From SAR324 cluster bacterium (GTDB lineage: Bacteria; SAR324; NAC60-12): a stretch of 64,000 nt of DNA. Below the pieces are notes generated by a model. The model saw nothing but the letters and a program-made list of their open reading frames with translations. It ran no database searches and was not told where the DNA came from. The translations under genes and the position numbers were made by a program. Shown one piece after another: positions 19,898-29,869 of this stretch. How positions within the stretch are numbered: the first letter of the stretch is position 1; the number at the start of each line of letters is the position of its first letter. The DNA lies in assembly GCA_022448485.1 (NCBI GenBank), contig JAKUUI010000004.1, positions 5,715-69,714 on the forward strand. The letters run 5' to 3'.

Positions 19898-20166
19898 ACT
19901 CAATTTTTCATTTGCATTAATTTATATAATCTACTATCCTTATTCCCCTTTACTATGCAGAGAAATTAGCACATAGTTAGTGGCATCTTAATAAAATAGT
20001 TTTGATTTTTCAGTCTTTTATAAGCTGCAAGAAATCTAATCAATAGGTTGGGGTAGCAATGGATGGAAATATAATAGCAACAGTTTTTGCAATTTTAAAC
20101 ATTCTCTGGGTTTTGCCGATAGGTTATTTTACACTAATGGACATTCTGAATCGCTGATTATTTTAA

Positions 20167-20400
20167 CTAGTTTTCAATTATTTTTTCCAGACATTCAATT
20201 CTTGCCGTGTCTTCCTCGTAGGAGAGTACCCGGTAGTGTCTTCCACAACGTTCAAAAGCATGTATCTTGAGCTCTTCAGTATTTCTGGCCTTTACATAAA
20301 AAACTGGCAGTTTTGTCTCACAGGCGCCTGTCAGCCAAAGGGGCAATAGAAAAACCGCGATCCATAGACTTTTCATAGTAACTTTTCCGTTCATGTTCAA
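20167..20400 (-). CDS. Small lipoprotein (family member B), paralogue of 7888-8115
   Basis: Signal peptide MKSLWIAVFLLPLWLTGAC with a lipobox. The mature part CETKLPVFYVKAR...FERCGRHYRVLSYEE...ECLEK aligns with member A, including three conserved Cys positions. Confidence 0.5.
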   Translation of the reverse strand: MNMNGKVTMKSLWIAVFLLPLWLTGACETKLPVFYVKARNTEELKIHAFERCGRHYRVLSYEEDTARIECLEKIIEN

Positions 20401-20836
20401 TAGAGCATTGGCGGTTTGTCCTTGATAATTTTCCCTGCCCGTATCGTAAACTATTGTATGGCTCTCAGAAAAGTATTTATTTACTCATCCCGGACTTGAT
20501 CCAGGATCCAGTACCCCTGATCAGATTGAGGACAAGATTATAAACCACCCTTCTGGATTTTGGCCCCTCGTTGCACTTCGCTCGGAATGGCAATGGAGAA
20601 TATTCGAAAGCGACAAATCTATTATCCACGTGAAGACGATTCGCAGGATGAGGAATTTGTGCAACCGTTGTGCAGGTTTTTTGTGCGGTTTCAGGAGAAA
20701 CACTTGCCCATGACATACTGAATCGAATAACTACTTGTTGAAATTATTGAATAATATTTCAGCAAGCCCTAATGCAATTTTTACTAATTGTTTTCAAGTT
20801 AAGGTATAAGTCAGACTTTTAAACGACAACTCAGCA

Positions 20837-22696
20837 TTAATGTGCCCAGCGATTTTTTCGGGTTAAATCATAAGCAACGCGATCCCAAGCCAGTAAACGA
20901 GCTTCTAAATCGTCAAAATATGAATCAGGTACATTTTCGGCCAGCCTTCCAAACTCCATTCGGCGACTCAAAGTGTGTTTGAGATAACCTTTTTCTGTGA
21001 TAATTCCCACTAAAGATCCTTCCTTTACAAGCGCTAGAGGCTCTTTTTTTTGGAGCAAACTAGTGCCAAGTGCTGTGAATTCAGCTTTCAATCCCATGAA
21101 TTCAATAAAGGTCGGCATTAAATCCAGTTGAGAAGAAACGATCTCAATTTCCGTAGGCTTCAACAATTCTGGAGCATAAAAAATCAACGGAATCCGAAAC
21201 CTTTCTAGAAACCCTCCACTTTGGAAATGAGCCAGAACATGATCTGCAGTGATGACAAAGATTGTATTTTTGAACCAAGGCTTTTTTTTCGCTTCGGACA
21301 TAAATTCGCCGATTGCCCAGTCTGTATAATGCAGTGAATTCAGGTAACCGCCCTCTTTGGTTACATGATGCGGGTAACGATTAAATGGAGCAGTAAATTT
21401 TGGGAAAGGTGTATGATCTGTACTGAGACCGATGAATACCAGAAACGGAGTTTCATAGTTATTAATTTTTTCCAAACTGAACATCAATGTTTCATAGTCC
21501 CACCCCGAGTCTCTATCCTTTTCTTCAGGAAGATAATCCAGCAGCAGTGGCATATCTTCTTTTCCGTAATATTCACGAAAACCAGTAGAACCGGCAATAG
21601 CCTGGGCTAGGAATGATTCGCGCAATGCGCTGTTGACAAAAAGCGTTGAAGCCCCATTCTGCTCGGCCAGTGTTGCTATTTTAGTATAATTTGCTGAAAG
21701 ATTACTTATTGCCGGAAGTCCAAGCACAGACGGCAGTCCAGTCAGGACAGATTGAGCACCTTCGATGCTGCGCTGGCCGTGAGAATAAAAACGGTTGAAC
21801 TTCCATCCTTCTGCACTCATTTTGTCTAAATTCGGTGTGATTTTGTAATTATTTCTGCCAAAACTGTCAAGATAACGAGGTGACAGGCTCTCCACAAAAA
21901 GGACAACTAAATTGTATGATTCACCCGAGTCTGATTCATTTCTTCGCGCGAGAGGAAATGGCTTCTTCCAAAAATCAAGGGGTAAATCCAAAGTATTTAT
22001 GATTTCTGTTTTTGAAAGTGGCAGACGTTCCACTGGAGCCGAAAGGCTTGAATGAGATGCAGAAAAAACTCCGTTCAGAACTAGGTTAGCGAAACTGGTG
22101 CTTCCGGAAGAATACGCATGGACGATGGCCAGAGGCTTCATGCCGATTCCGCCTCGACCTGCAATTCCAACGAAGACTATAAAGAGGACAAATTTAATCC
22201 AGTGAAAGCTCACCGGCCGCAATTTTATCAGGACAAGCCTTACCCAGAAATATAATGCCAGACAGACCAGCCCCAGCCAGGCAGCAAAATATCCGGAGTT
22301 TGCTGCTATTTCATTAAATAAATAATTAATATCTTTTGCTAAAAAAAGTAACTCGTTTGTTAGATGACGTTTTACATAGCCGAAATATACAAGATCTCCT
22401 ACCAGCAACGTGCTTTCTATCACCAATAAAAAAAAGACCAGCAGGGAAAGTGATCCGTGCCACCAATTTGAACTAGCCCAGCGAAAAGGGAGTACCAATA
22501 ACAGCAGTGGTATTCCTGAAAACACTAGCAAAGATGCCAGATCAAAACGGATCCCGTAGAAAAATCCCAGAAATACTTCTCCAAATGTCAGTGAACTAAA
22601 GTTCTCATGGTGAACAGCAAATATTCCGAGTCGGGCTAGCATGAAGACAGCCAGCCCGATTCCGAGATAAGAAAAAATTTTGTGAAAGATGCTCAT
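20837..22696 (-). CDS. LTA synthase / phosphoglycerol transferase (OpgB-like) family sulfatase-fold membrane protein
   Basis: 619 aa. The N-terminal ~200 aa form five hydrophobic TM segments. A sulfatase-like catalytic domain follows (…VVLFVESLSPRY…, …ITADHVLAH…). Confidence 0.8.
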   Translation of the reverse strand: MSIFHKIFSYLGIGLAVFMLARLGIFAVHHENFSSLTFGEVFLGFFYGIRFDLASLLVFSGIPLLLLVLPFRWASSNWWHGSLSLLVFFLLVIESTLLVGDLVYFGYVKRHLTNELLFLAKDINYLFNEIAANSGYFAAWLGLVCLALYFWVRLVLIKLRPVSFHWIKFVLFIVFVGIAGRGGIGMKPLAIVHAYSSGSTSFANLVLNGVFSASHSSLSAPVERLPLSKTEIINTLDLPLDFWKKPFPLARRNESDSGESYNLVVLFVESLSPRYLDSFGRNNYKITPNLDKMSAEGWKFNRFYSHGQRSIEGAQSVLTGLPSVLGLPAISNLSANYTKIATLAEQNGASTLFVNSALRESFLAQAIAGSTGFREYYGKEDMPLLLDYLPEEKDRDSGWDYETLMFSLEKINNYETPFLVFIGLSTDHTPFPKFTAPFNRYPHHVTKEGGYLNSLHYTDWAIGEFMSEAKKKPWFKNTIFVITADHVLAHFQSGGFLERFRIPLIFYAPELLKPTEIEIVSSQLDLMPTFIEFMGLKAEFTALGTSLLQKKEPLALVKEGSLVGIITEKGYLKHTLSRRMEFGRLAENVPDSYFDDLEARLLAWDRVAYDLTRKNRWAH

Positions 22697-22996
22697 TATC
22701 AGCTGTGTCTGCAGATTTGTTTTAGTTGTGCCTGATTTTATATGGTGTTAAAATTATAGAATAACTCATAGTTAAGGTAGAGCTTTGCAGCACAAAATTC
22801 AAGAATAAAGCCCTACTGAGTGCAAGTGGTTTGACTCTTATGTTCACAGAAATTAGGCATATTCTTTACCTTTCAGCTGTAATATAAATAACAAATATAC
22901 TCGAAGAAGAATAAACCCTCTAAATTAGCCAGATGTTAAATTACTTTTTTACCCAGTCTGAAAATCTGACTGTCGGCATTTCATTGAAGAATTGCG

Positions 22997-23025
22997 TTGA
23001 CTGATTAGTGAATTCAGGTTAGCAT
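22997..23025 (+). promoter_or_regulatory. Candidate sigma70-type promoter for rplY-pth-ychF
   Basis: TTGACT, then 17 nt, then TAGCAT, about 30 nt upstream of the rplY start. Confidence 0.3.
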
Positions 23026-23057
23026 CAGCATTAAACTTTTTTTATTAACCCATCCTC

Positions 23058-23756
23058 TTGATGGATGATAGAGACATGTCACAAAATCAATTAGCAGCGA
23101 GTATTCGCAGCAAAAAAGGGAAATCGGCCAATCATAAATTGCGACAATCAGGAAATATCCCTGCAGTTCTCTACGGTCCTCGTGGAAACATTATGCTGGA
23201 GATGGTAGAAGAGGCTACCTGCCACTTTCTCGAAAAAATGACTGGTATGCACGAAATTGTACCAATTACTATTACAGACTCTGCAAGTGGAGAGAGCAGG
23301 ACAGCGCAGGTTTTGTTGCGGGAAATTCAGAAGCATCCTTACAAACACAAAATTACTCATCTTGACTTTTGGGAACTACCTGAAGCTAAACCGCAAACTT
23401 TCAGGATTCCAGTACATGTGATTGGTGAATCGCCGGGAGTAAAAAACGGGGGTGTACTGCAGATGGTTGTCAGGGAGATCCCTGTTAGCTGTCTTCCCTC
23501 AGACATTCCGTCTTTCATAGAAGTAAATTCCTCTGCTTTGGAGATAGGTGATTCGCTTAGAATTCAGGAAGTTGAGTTGCCGGCGAAAGTTTCTCTTAGT
23601 ACTGATGAGAATTATGCAGTTATTTCAATTGTTGGACGTGCAAAAGAAGAAGAAGAAGAAGAAGAGATTGTAGCAGTTGAAGAAGGAGAAGAAGGCGAAG
23701 GCGAAAGCGAGAGAGAAGATTCTGCTGATGAAAAGGAAAAAATAGAGGAAGAGTAA
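23058..23756 (+). CDS. rplY: 50S ribosomal protein L25 / general stress protein Ctc, with a poly-Glu C-terminal tail
   Basis: N-terminus ...KLRQSGNIPAVLYGPRGN... is typical of L25/Ctc. The C-terminus ends in EEEEEEEIVAVEEGEEGEGESE. Confidence 0.85.
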   Translation: MMDDRDMSQNQLAASIRSKKGKSANHKLRQSGNIPAVLYGPRGNIMLEMVEEATCHFLEKMTGMHEIVPITITDSASGESRTAQVLLREIQKHPYKHKITHLDFWELPEAKPQTFRIPVHVIGESPGVKNGGVLQMVVREIPVSCLPSDIPSFIEVNSSALEIGDSLRIQEVELPAKVSLSTDENYAVISIVGRAKEEEEEEEIVAVEEGEEGEGESEREDSADEKEKIEEE

Positions 23757-23790
23757 ACATTAGCAAGTTCTGAAACAGGAAAGGGCGGGC

Positions 23791-24360
23791 ATGAAACTGG
23801 TGGCCGGTTTGGGAAATCCGGGCAGGGAGTATGAAGGTACGCTTCACAATGTTGGGTTTCAGGTTGTAGATTTACTCATGGACAAGCTGGGGATATCTGG
23901 ATTTCAGCAAAAGTTTCAAAGCCAGTTGTGTCGAACATCGGTTGAGGGAGAGGCTTGCATTCTGATCAAGCCTCAGACCTACATGAACAGATGCGGGCGG
24001 GCTGTCGCGGAATGCGCTGGTTTTTACAAAATTCCTGTAGAGAACATTGTTGTCATCTCTGATGATTTGGATTTAACGCCGGGCCGGGCTCGTTTTCGAG
24101 ACGGTGGAGGACATGGCGGACACAATGGACTCCGCTCTATTATTGACTCATTGGGCAACAGGCAGTTTCGCAGAATTAGATTTGGTGTTGGTCGACCTAC
24201 CAAGAAACAGGATGTTGTAGGGCATGTATTGAGTCGTTGGTCAAAAACTGAAGAAAAACTTGCTCGAAGTGCTATTGATTTTGTGTTGTCTGAGTTGATC
24301 CGGTTTTTGGTGACGTCGCAGTTTGAGAATACTTCTTTTTCTGCTCCGGAATTGGCATAA
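23791..24360 (+). CDS. pth: Peptidyl-tRNA hydrolase
   Basis: MKLVAGLGNPGREYEGTLHNVGFQVVDLL and the remainder match Pth throughout. Confidence 0.9.
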   Translation: MKLVAGLGNPGREYEGTLHNVGFQVVDLLMDKLGISGFQQKFQSQLCRTSVEGEACILIKPQTYMNRCGRAVAECAGFYKIPVENIVVISDDLDLTPGRARFRDGGGHGGHNGLRSIIDSLGNRQFRRIRFGVGRPTKKQDVVGHVLSRWSKTEEKLARSAIDFVLSELIRFLVTSQFENTSFSAPELA

Positions 24361-24407
24361 GTCTTTGAAAAAATATTGAACAAAACGCATAAAGATTCCG
24401 GAAGCAA

Positions 24408-25499
24408 ATGGCATTAGAAGTTGGAATTGTCGGTTTGCCAAATGTTGGGAAATCCACACTCTTTCGTGCTTTGACCAAAGTACAAGCAGAAGCAGCAAAC
24501 TATCCGTTTTGTACTATTGATCCAAACATTGGAATCGTTCAACTGCGGGATCCGCGAATGGCCCGTTTAACTGAACTGGTCAGTCCGGATCGTGTTGTTC
24601 CTGCCACATTGCGGATAGTGGATATTGCAGGACTTGTAAAAGGTGCCAGTCAGGGTGAAGGTTTGGGGAACCAGTTTCTGAGCCACATTCGGCAGGTTCA
24701 TGCGGTGGCACATGTGGTACGGTGTTTTGAAGATGAAAACGTGGTACATGTCGATGGTAAGATTGATCCGGTTGGTGATGTCCAGGTCATTCAGACAGAG
24801 TTAATATTGTCTGATTTGGAGCAGACGGAACGTAAGATAGAACGTCTTACCCGCCAGATAAAAAGTGACCGTGCTCTAGCAGCAAAATTGATGGTTTTTG
24901 AACGACTGCGCGATCATTTGAGTGATGGCCTCATTGCAAGTAAGTTAGCTTTGAGTACAGAAGATAAGGAGCGGATCTCTGAATTAAGTTTGTTGACTCT
25001 GAAACCATATATATATATTGCAAACATCTCAGAGGATGGACTCAAGAATCCGGAAGTTCATGAACAACAGCTGCGGGAATTAGCCAATGAAGTGGGTGTA
25101 GAAGTTATTCCGATTTGTGCGCAGGTTGAATCCGAACTATCAGAGATGGAAGATGTTGAATCGCAGCTTTTCATGGAAGAGCTGGGTATTGACAGTTCAG
25201 GACTTGATCGGCTAACGCATTCTGGATACCGGATGCTGGAACAGATCACATATTTCACTGCGGGAAAACAGGAAGTACGTGCCTGGGAGATCCGAAAAGG
25301 ATCTACTGCCCCGGAAGCTGCAGGGAAAATTCATACAGATTTTGAGAAAGGCTTTATCCGCGCCGAAGTCTTTCATTTTGATGACATAGACCAGTTGGGT
25401 TCTCAGTCATCTATCAAGGAAGCCGGACGCTGGCGTCTTGAAGGGCGGGATTATGTGGTGCAGGATGGAGATATCATGCACTTTCGCTTTAACGTATAG
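24408..25499 (+). CDS. ychF: Ribosome-binding ATPase YchF (Obg family)
   Basis: G1 motif GIVGLPNVGKSTLF plus the TGS domain C-terminus (...DGDIMHFRFNV). Length 363 aa. Confidence 0.95.
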   Translation: MALEVGIVGLPNVGKSTLFRALTKVQAEAANYPFCTIDPNIGIVQLRDPRMARLTELVSPDRVVPATLRIVDIAGLVKGASQGEGLGNQFLSHIRQVHAVAHVVRCFEDENVVHVDGKIDPVGDVQVIQTELILSDLEQTERKIERLTRQIKSDRALAAKLMVFERLRDHLSDGLIASKLALSTEDKERISELSLLTLKPYIYIANISEDGLKNPEVHEQQLRELANEVGVEVIPICAQVESELSEMEDVESQLFMEELGIDSSGLDRLTHSGYRMLEQITYFTAGKQEVRAWEIRKGSTAPEAAGKIHTDFEKGFIRAEVFHFDDIDQLGSQSSIKEAGRWRLEGRDYVVQDGDIMHFRFNV

Positions 25500-25607
25500 C
25501 ATCTTTTATTGTGTAAATGCTACGATGCTTATATACGAACCTTTGCAGATTCCTTGTTAACTTAGGTGAACTTATTGACATTATTCAATAATCCGAAAGG
25601 AAGATAA

Positions 25608-26132
25608 ATGACAGGATATGAACTAGTGTTCATTACAGATCCGTCTCTCAGTGATAAAGAGATTGAATCTGTGTTGAAGAAAATTAAGAAAAGTTTTACC
25701 AAATCAGGTGGAAAACTTATTCATGAATATGTCTGGGGACGCCGCCGTCTGGCTTACGAAATTTCAGGAAATGATTTTGGTGTTTATCACGCCTGGTACT
25801 TCACTGGTACAGGAGAAACAGTAAACGAGTTACAGCGACAATTTGGTTATTCAGATGATGTTTTGCGTCATCAAATAATGAAGACAGATGACCTTGATGC
25901 AGAAGCAGCATTTTTACAAAGCTTAATACCACCTAAAGAGGAAACTAGCGAAAAAGAGAAAGTTCCAGAAGTCTCTGCTGATGTTGAAAAAGAGCCGGTA
26001 AAAGAAGCAGAGGCAAAAACTGATAGGAAAAAGTCTGTGGCTGATGATCCAAAAAAAGTTGAAACTGAAACAGAAGTTAAAAAGGAAAAACCCAAAGTCG
26101 AAGACGAGAAAACTGAAACAGCAGAGGCTTGA
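25608..26132 (+). CDS. rpsF: 30S ribosomal protein S6 with a Lys/Glu-rich C-terminal extension
   Basis: MTGYELVFITDPSL...YHAWYFTG is the core S6 fold. About 70 extra charged C-terminal residues follow. Confidence 0.9.
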   Translation: MTGYELVFITDPSLSDKEIESVLKKIKKSFTKSGGKLIHEYVWGRRRLAYEISGNDFGVYHAWYFTGTGETVNELQRQFGYSDDVLRHQIMKTDDLDAEAAFLQSLIPPKEETSEKEKVPEVSADVEKEPVKEAEAKTDRKKSVADDPKKVETETEVKKEKPKVEDEKTETAEA

Positions 26133-26190
26133 AATACTGTGCCTTTCAGCAAATAATGGTGTTACACCTAACTCTTATGATAAATAATTT

Positions 26191-26505
26191 ATGTTAAAAA
26201 AACGAAAAAGATCACATTTACGCCGTAAACGTATTCCTACAAGTATTTTGCTGCGTAGTAAGCTCAAAGTCTGCCCATTCAAGGAAGCTGGCATTAATCG
26301 TATCGATTACAAAGATGTTGAAATGCTCAAAAATTATGTGACTGAAGGTGGAAAAATTATCCCAAGTCGTATTTCAGGAGTTTGTGCAGCAAATCAGAGA
26401 AAATTAAAAACTGCCATTCAACGTGCTCGCAATCTGGCACTGCTTTCACCAATGAAGGGGTACGTGCCTCAACAAGTAAATGTAGTTCGAAGATTTTCTG
26501 AGTAA
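26191..26505 (+). CDS. rpsR: 30S ribosomal protein S18
   Basis: [48 protein letters not shown]. Confidence 0.9.
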   Translation: MLKKRKRSHLRRKRIPTSILLRSKLKVCPFKEAGINRIDYKDVEMLKNYVTEGGKIIPSRISGVCAANQRKLKTAIQRARNLALLSPMKGYVPQQVNVVRRFSE

Positions 26506-26591
26506 ACTATTTCTTGAACATCTTAATAAATTGTGGGTGAAATTATCCTGGAAATTTACAAAACTAATTACTAAGAACAAAAGGAAATACC

Positions 26592-27149
26592 GTGAAGTTG
26601 ATATTAACTGAAGATGTACCCAGTTTAGGTTCATTGGGTGACACAATAGATGTAAAACCCGGCTACGGACGCAATTACCTGCTCCCGCAGGGAATCGCAC
26701 TTTTGGCTACAGGCAAAGTCTCTAAAGAGTTGCGGCACCGTCTTCAACATATAGAAAAGTTGCGTTCAGGAAAAATCGCGGTAGCACACGAAGAGGCAGA
26801 AAAACTCAATACCGTTAATCTAGAAGTCACCCGTAAAGCTGGACCAGGCGGCAAGTTGTTTGGTTCAGTTACCAACCGGGATCTGAGGGATCTGTTAAAA
26901 GAAAAAGAATTTGATTTTGAACGCAGAGCTATCCAATTGAGTTCGCCTATTCGAAATGTTGGCAACCATGAATTTACTATTCGGGTTCATTCTGAGGTTT
27001 CGGTGACTATGCAAATTAAGGTAATTGGAGATTCTGACAAAACTGCTGTTAAAACAGCAGCAGTCGATGAACCGACAGAGAAAAGTGAAGAAGAAACAAA
27101 GATAGACAACGAAGAACTCGAAAAACTTGAAGAAAATGAGCAGGTTTAA
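26592..27149 (+). CDS. rplI: 50S ribosomal protein L9
   Basis: MKLILTEDVPSLGSLGDTIDVKPGYGRNYLLPQGIAL with an acidic C-terminal tail. Confidence 0.9.
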   Translation: MKLILTEDVPSLGSLGDTIDVKPGYGRNYLLPQGIALLATGKVSKELRHRLQHIEKLRSGKIAVAHEEAEKLNTVNLEVTRKAGPGGKLFGSVTNRDLRDLLKEKEFDFERRAIQLSSPIRNVGNHEFTIRVHSEVSVTMQIKVIGDSDKTAVKTAAVDEPTEKSEEETKIDNEELEKLEENEQV

Positions 27150-27183
27150 AGATTTCAGCTGTAAGTCTCAAGGAACAGGAGAA

Positions 27184-27215
27184 CATTCCTGCTTTTTGTA
27201 TTTTACTATTTTCAG
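27184..27215 (+). terminator. Candidate intrinsic terminator after rplI
   Basis: Hairpin CAGGA-gaacat-TCCTG followed by CTTTTTGTATTTT. Confidence 0.3.
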
Positions 27216-27250
27216 ATGAGTCCTGAGTCTCTCTTACTACCTCCAGATAC

Positions 27251-28696
27251 TTGATTGCCGTCTCCATACCCGGAGTTTCAATGCTGTCTTCAGAAAACAA
27301 ATCCAAAAAACCCAGGGTTTTTGAGCGTACAAAAAAAGTACGTCCGCAAGCTGTTGGCCTTGAGGAATTACTCCCTCACGACAGAATGGCTGAACAAGCT
27401 GTGCTGGGTGCAATAATCATTCAGAACTCAATCCTTCTGCAAATACTGGATATCCTTAACACAGACGATTTTTTCTCTCCCGCCAATCAGCATATTTTTG
27501 CAGCCATGCAGGAAATGGCTGCGCAGGAGCCACCTGTTCCTATTGACGAACTTACCTTGCTGAGTCAGTTGGAATCAAAACAGCAACTTGAACAAACAGG
27601 CGGTGTAGATTATTTGAATGAGCTTTCACAGAAAACACCTGTTGCCGAAAATGCTGAGTTTTATGCTCACATTGTACGAGAAAAGGGGCAGTTGCGTGAC
27701 ATTATCCTCACCGCTCATGAAGTTGCAAAGCGTGGACAAGAGGAAAATGCAGAAAATATTTCGGAATTCATTGCAGAGGCCACCGACCGTTTGCAGTCCA
27801 TCGATGCTCGTACCCGTCTGAAAAGTTATTCTCATCTCAAAGAAGTTCTTGCAATCAATTTCGAAGAGTTGGAGAAGGTTTCTGAATCTCCGGAAAATGT
27901 GACTGGAGTACCAACTGGTTTTACTGAGTTGGATGATTTGACACGTGGCTTGCAAAAGGGTGATTTAATTATTATTGCGGCTCGCCCTTCAATGGGAAAA
28001 ACAGCACTTGCCATTAATATGGCACTTTATGCTTCAGGACATGCTCAAATTCCAGTACTTTTTTTCAGCTTGGAAATGCCCAAAGAACACATTGCCATGC
28101 GCTTGATTTGCAGTGAAGCAAAAGTAAATAACAGAAAATTGCTGGTTGGAAACCTGGAACAGGATGATTGGGACAAACTGATGGAAGGCACAACCCACAT
28201 GATGGAAGCACCACTGCTAATTGATGACAGGTCTGCAATTAGTCCAAACTATATCAGAAAGGTTATTAGGCAGGCAAAAAAGGAATTTCCTGCGCTTGGC
28301 CTTGTTGTTGTTGATTATGTGCAGCTGATGCAAAGTAACTTGAGGAACCCATCACGTGAGCAGGAAATGTCAGAAATTTCACGATCATTAAAAGCTATTG
28401 CCAAAGAGTTTTCTCTGCCAATGGTTGTCCTTTCACAACTGAACCGAGGCTTGGAAAGACGTACTGAAAAACGTCCAATGATGTCAGATTTAAGAGAATC
28501 AGGAGCATTAGAACAGGATGCAGACGTGATTTTCTTTATTTATCGTGATGAGGTTTACAATGAAGATACTGATGACAAGGGAATTGCGGAAATTAGTATT
28601 GCAAAACATCGAAACGGTGAAATTGGAATGAGACGTCTGGCTTTTATAGGACAATACACAAAATTTGCCAATTTGGCTTTGGGTTCAGGTAATTAG
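27251..28696 (+). CDS. dnaB: Replicative DNA helicase DnaB
   Basis: N-terminal DnaB domain (AEQAVLGAIII), Walker A ARPSMGKTALAINMA and the RecA-fold motifs through RRLAFIGQYTKF. The start may be the internal Met at 27281. Confidence 0.9.
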   Translation: MIAVSIPGVSMLSSENKSKKPRVFERTKKVRPQAVGLEELLPHDRMAEQAVLGAIIIQNSILLQILDILNTDDFFSPANQHIFAAMQEMAAQEPPVPIDELTLLSQLESKQQLEQTGGVDYLNELSQKTPVAENAEFYAHIVREKGQLRDIILTAHEVAKRGQEENAENISEFIAEATDRLQSIDARTRLKSYSHLKEVLAINFEELEKVSESPENVTGVPTGFTELDDLTRGLQKGDLIIIAARPSMGKTALAINMALYASGHAQIPVLFFSLEMPKEHIAMRLICSEAKVNNRKLLVGNLEQDDWDKLMEGTTHMMEAPLLIDDRSAISPNYIRKVIRQAKKEFPALGLVVVDYVQLMQSNLRNPSREQEMSEISRSLKAIAKEFSLPMVVLSQLNRGLERRTEKRPMMSDLRESGALEQDADVIFFIYRDEVYNEDTDDKGIAEISIAKHRNGEIGMRRLAFIGQYTKFANLALGSGN

Positions 28697-28873
28697 GCAT
28701 CAGAGCAGGTGGTTGAAGGAAAGCCGTTCTAACTGCAGATTTACTGAGTTTAAACGTCAATTATCATGTTCTTCAAAGAATATCAGGGTCTTAAATATAC
28801 TTAGAATTTTGATTCAATTAGAAAAACGTTTGTTTTATCTTCAGACACAAGTATTCCAGAAAAAACGACACTG

Positions 28874-29869
28874 ATGCAAAACGTAGAAGAACTGCAACAA
28901 TACGTGACTGGTCTGACGGATGAATTAATTTTGACCGGGCAAACTGTCGTTGCTGCACCGGGATGCCTGCCCACACCGTGTTTTCCTGAAATTATTGAGA
29001 AAGTTTTGGGTGTGGTGACTGAGCGTGAGTGGGATGATCTCACAGATCGAGCTAGGAATTATCTGAAATGGATTACGGTAAAAGCGGAATCAATTGACAC
29101 CCTTGCACCACGAACTTTGCAGATAACTACGCGAGGCTTTGAGTTGTTGGCAATCGACAGAGATGGAAATAGCTTTGGTGAAATAGTAGAGCGATCGCAG
29201 GAGCTAGGTATTCCCTCCGTTCTTGTTCGTTTTGCTTCGCTGATTGCTACTTTTCTTACAGTACGTCTCCTTCGTCAACACATGGAACATGATCATGAAG
29301 CCATGCCTTCGCTGACATTCTCCCAAAATGTTGATGCAAATTATTTGAATTATCCGCGTACTCTAAAAATATTACTGGAGTTGTTTCCGGAATATCAGCA
29401 GATGTTTTTTTTTGAAATCAACGAAGAAGTAACCGAAGATTACTTAGCAACCATTCGTTCGCTTGCAGAAGACTTGGGTATTCGCTTAGCTCTTGATGAT
29501 ACTAACAAAATGGATGTTCATGTCCATCATAAATTGTTGGATCTGGCAGATTGGATCAAGATTGACTTTCAAGCGACAGCTTACCTAGAAGAGCAGTTGC
29601 TGGCAGGTAACGGAGATAATATCATAGAGCATTTTCAAGAATATGCACATGGTGCACGATCTCCTGTCATTGTTTTTGAAGGCCTTACTGAAACTTCTCC
29701 ATTAAAAGCGTTCCTTGAAGAACGTTGGAAGGTAACCAACACTGTGCTTTATTACCAAAGCAGAGAAAGGACACCAGTTCCACCCTGGAATAAATATTTT
29801 GGTTTGATTCAAGATTATCATAATGATAAATATGGTCTTTTTTTTAAAGGCTTGATTAATGAAAAGTAA
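28874..29869 (+). CDS. Hypothetical protein with a degenerate EAL-like (c-di-GMP phosphodiesterase fold) C-terminal half
   Basis: FFEINEEVTEDYLATIRSLAEDLGIRLALDDTNKMDVHVHHKLLDLADWIKIDFQ...VIVFEGLTETSPLKAF parallels the EAL layout (ELTE..., ALDDFGTGYS...LKID..., AEGVET...). The DDFGTG loop and the EGVE motif are altered. Confidence 0.5.
   Translation: MQNVEELQQYVTGLTDELILTGQTVVAAPGCLPTPCFPEIIEKVLGVVTEREWDDLTDRARNYLKWITVKAESIDTLAPRTLQITTRGFELLAIDRDGNSFGEIVERSQELGIPSVLVRFASLIATFLTVRLLRQHMEHDHEAMPSLTFSQNVDANYLNYPRTLKILLELFPEYQQMFFFEINEEVTEDYLATIRSLAEDLGIRLALDDTNKMDVHVHHKLLDLADWIKIDFQATAYLEEQLLAGNGDNIIEHFQEYAHGARSPVIVFEGLTETSPLKAFLEERWKVTNTVLYYQSRERTPVPPWNKYFGLIQDYHNDKYGLFFKGLINEK

Noticed and set aside
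20470-20720. Possible RNase P RNA, tmRNA or SRP RNA in the GC-richer spacer (AAGTCCGGG on the minus strand)
   Set aside because: Only a 9 nt similarity to the P4 region. The flanking conserved blocks (CTCCATAGGGCA, GGTAACGCC, tmRNA GGGGCTGATTCTGGATTCGAC/TCCACCA, SRP GGAAGCAGCCAAGG) are absent on both strands, and the orientation and position are inconsistent.
23641-23700. GAA trinucleotide tandem repeat
   Set aside because: It is in frame inside rplY and encodes the poly-Glu tail. It is not a noncoding microsatellite or CRISPR-like repeat.
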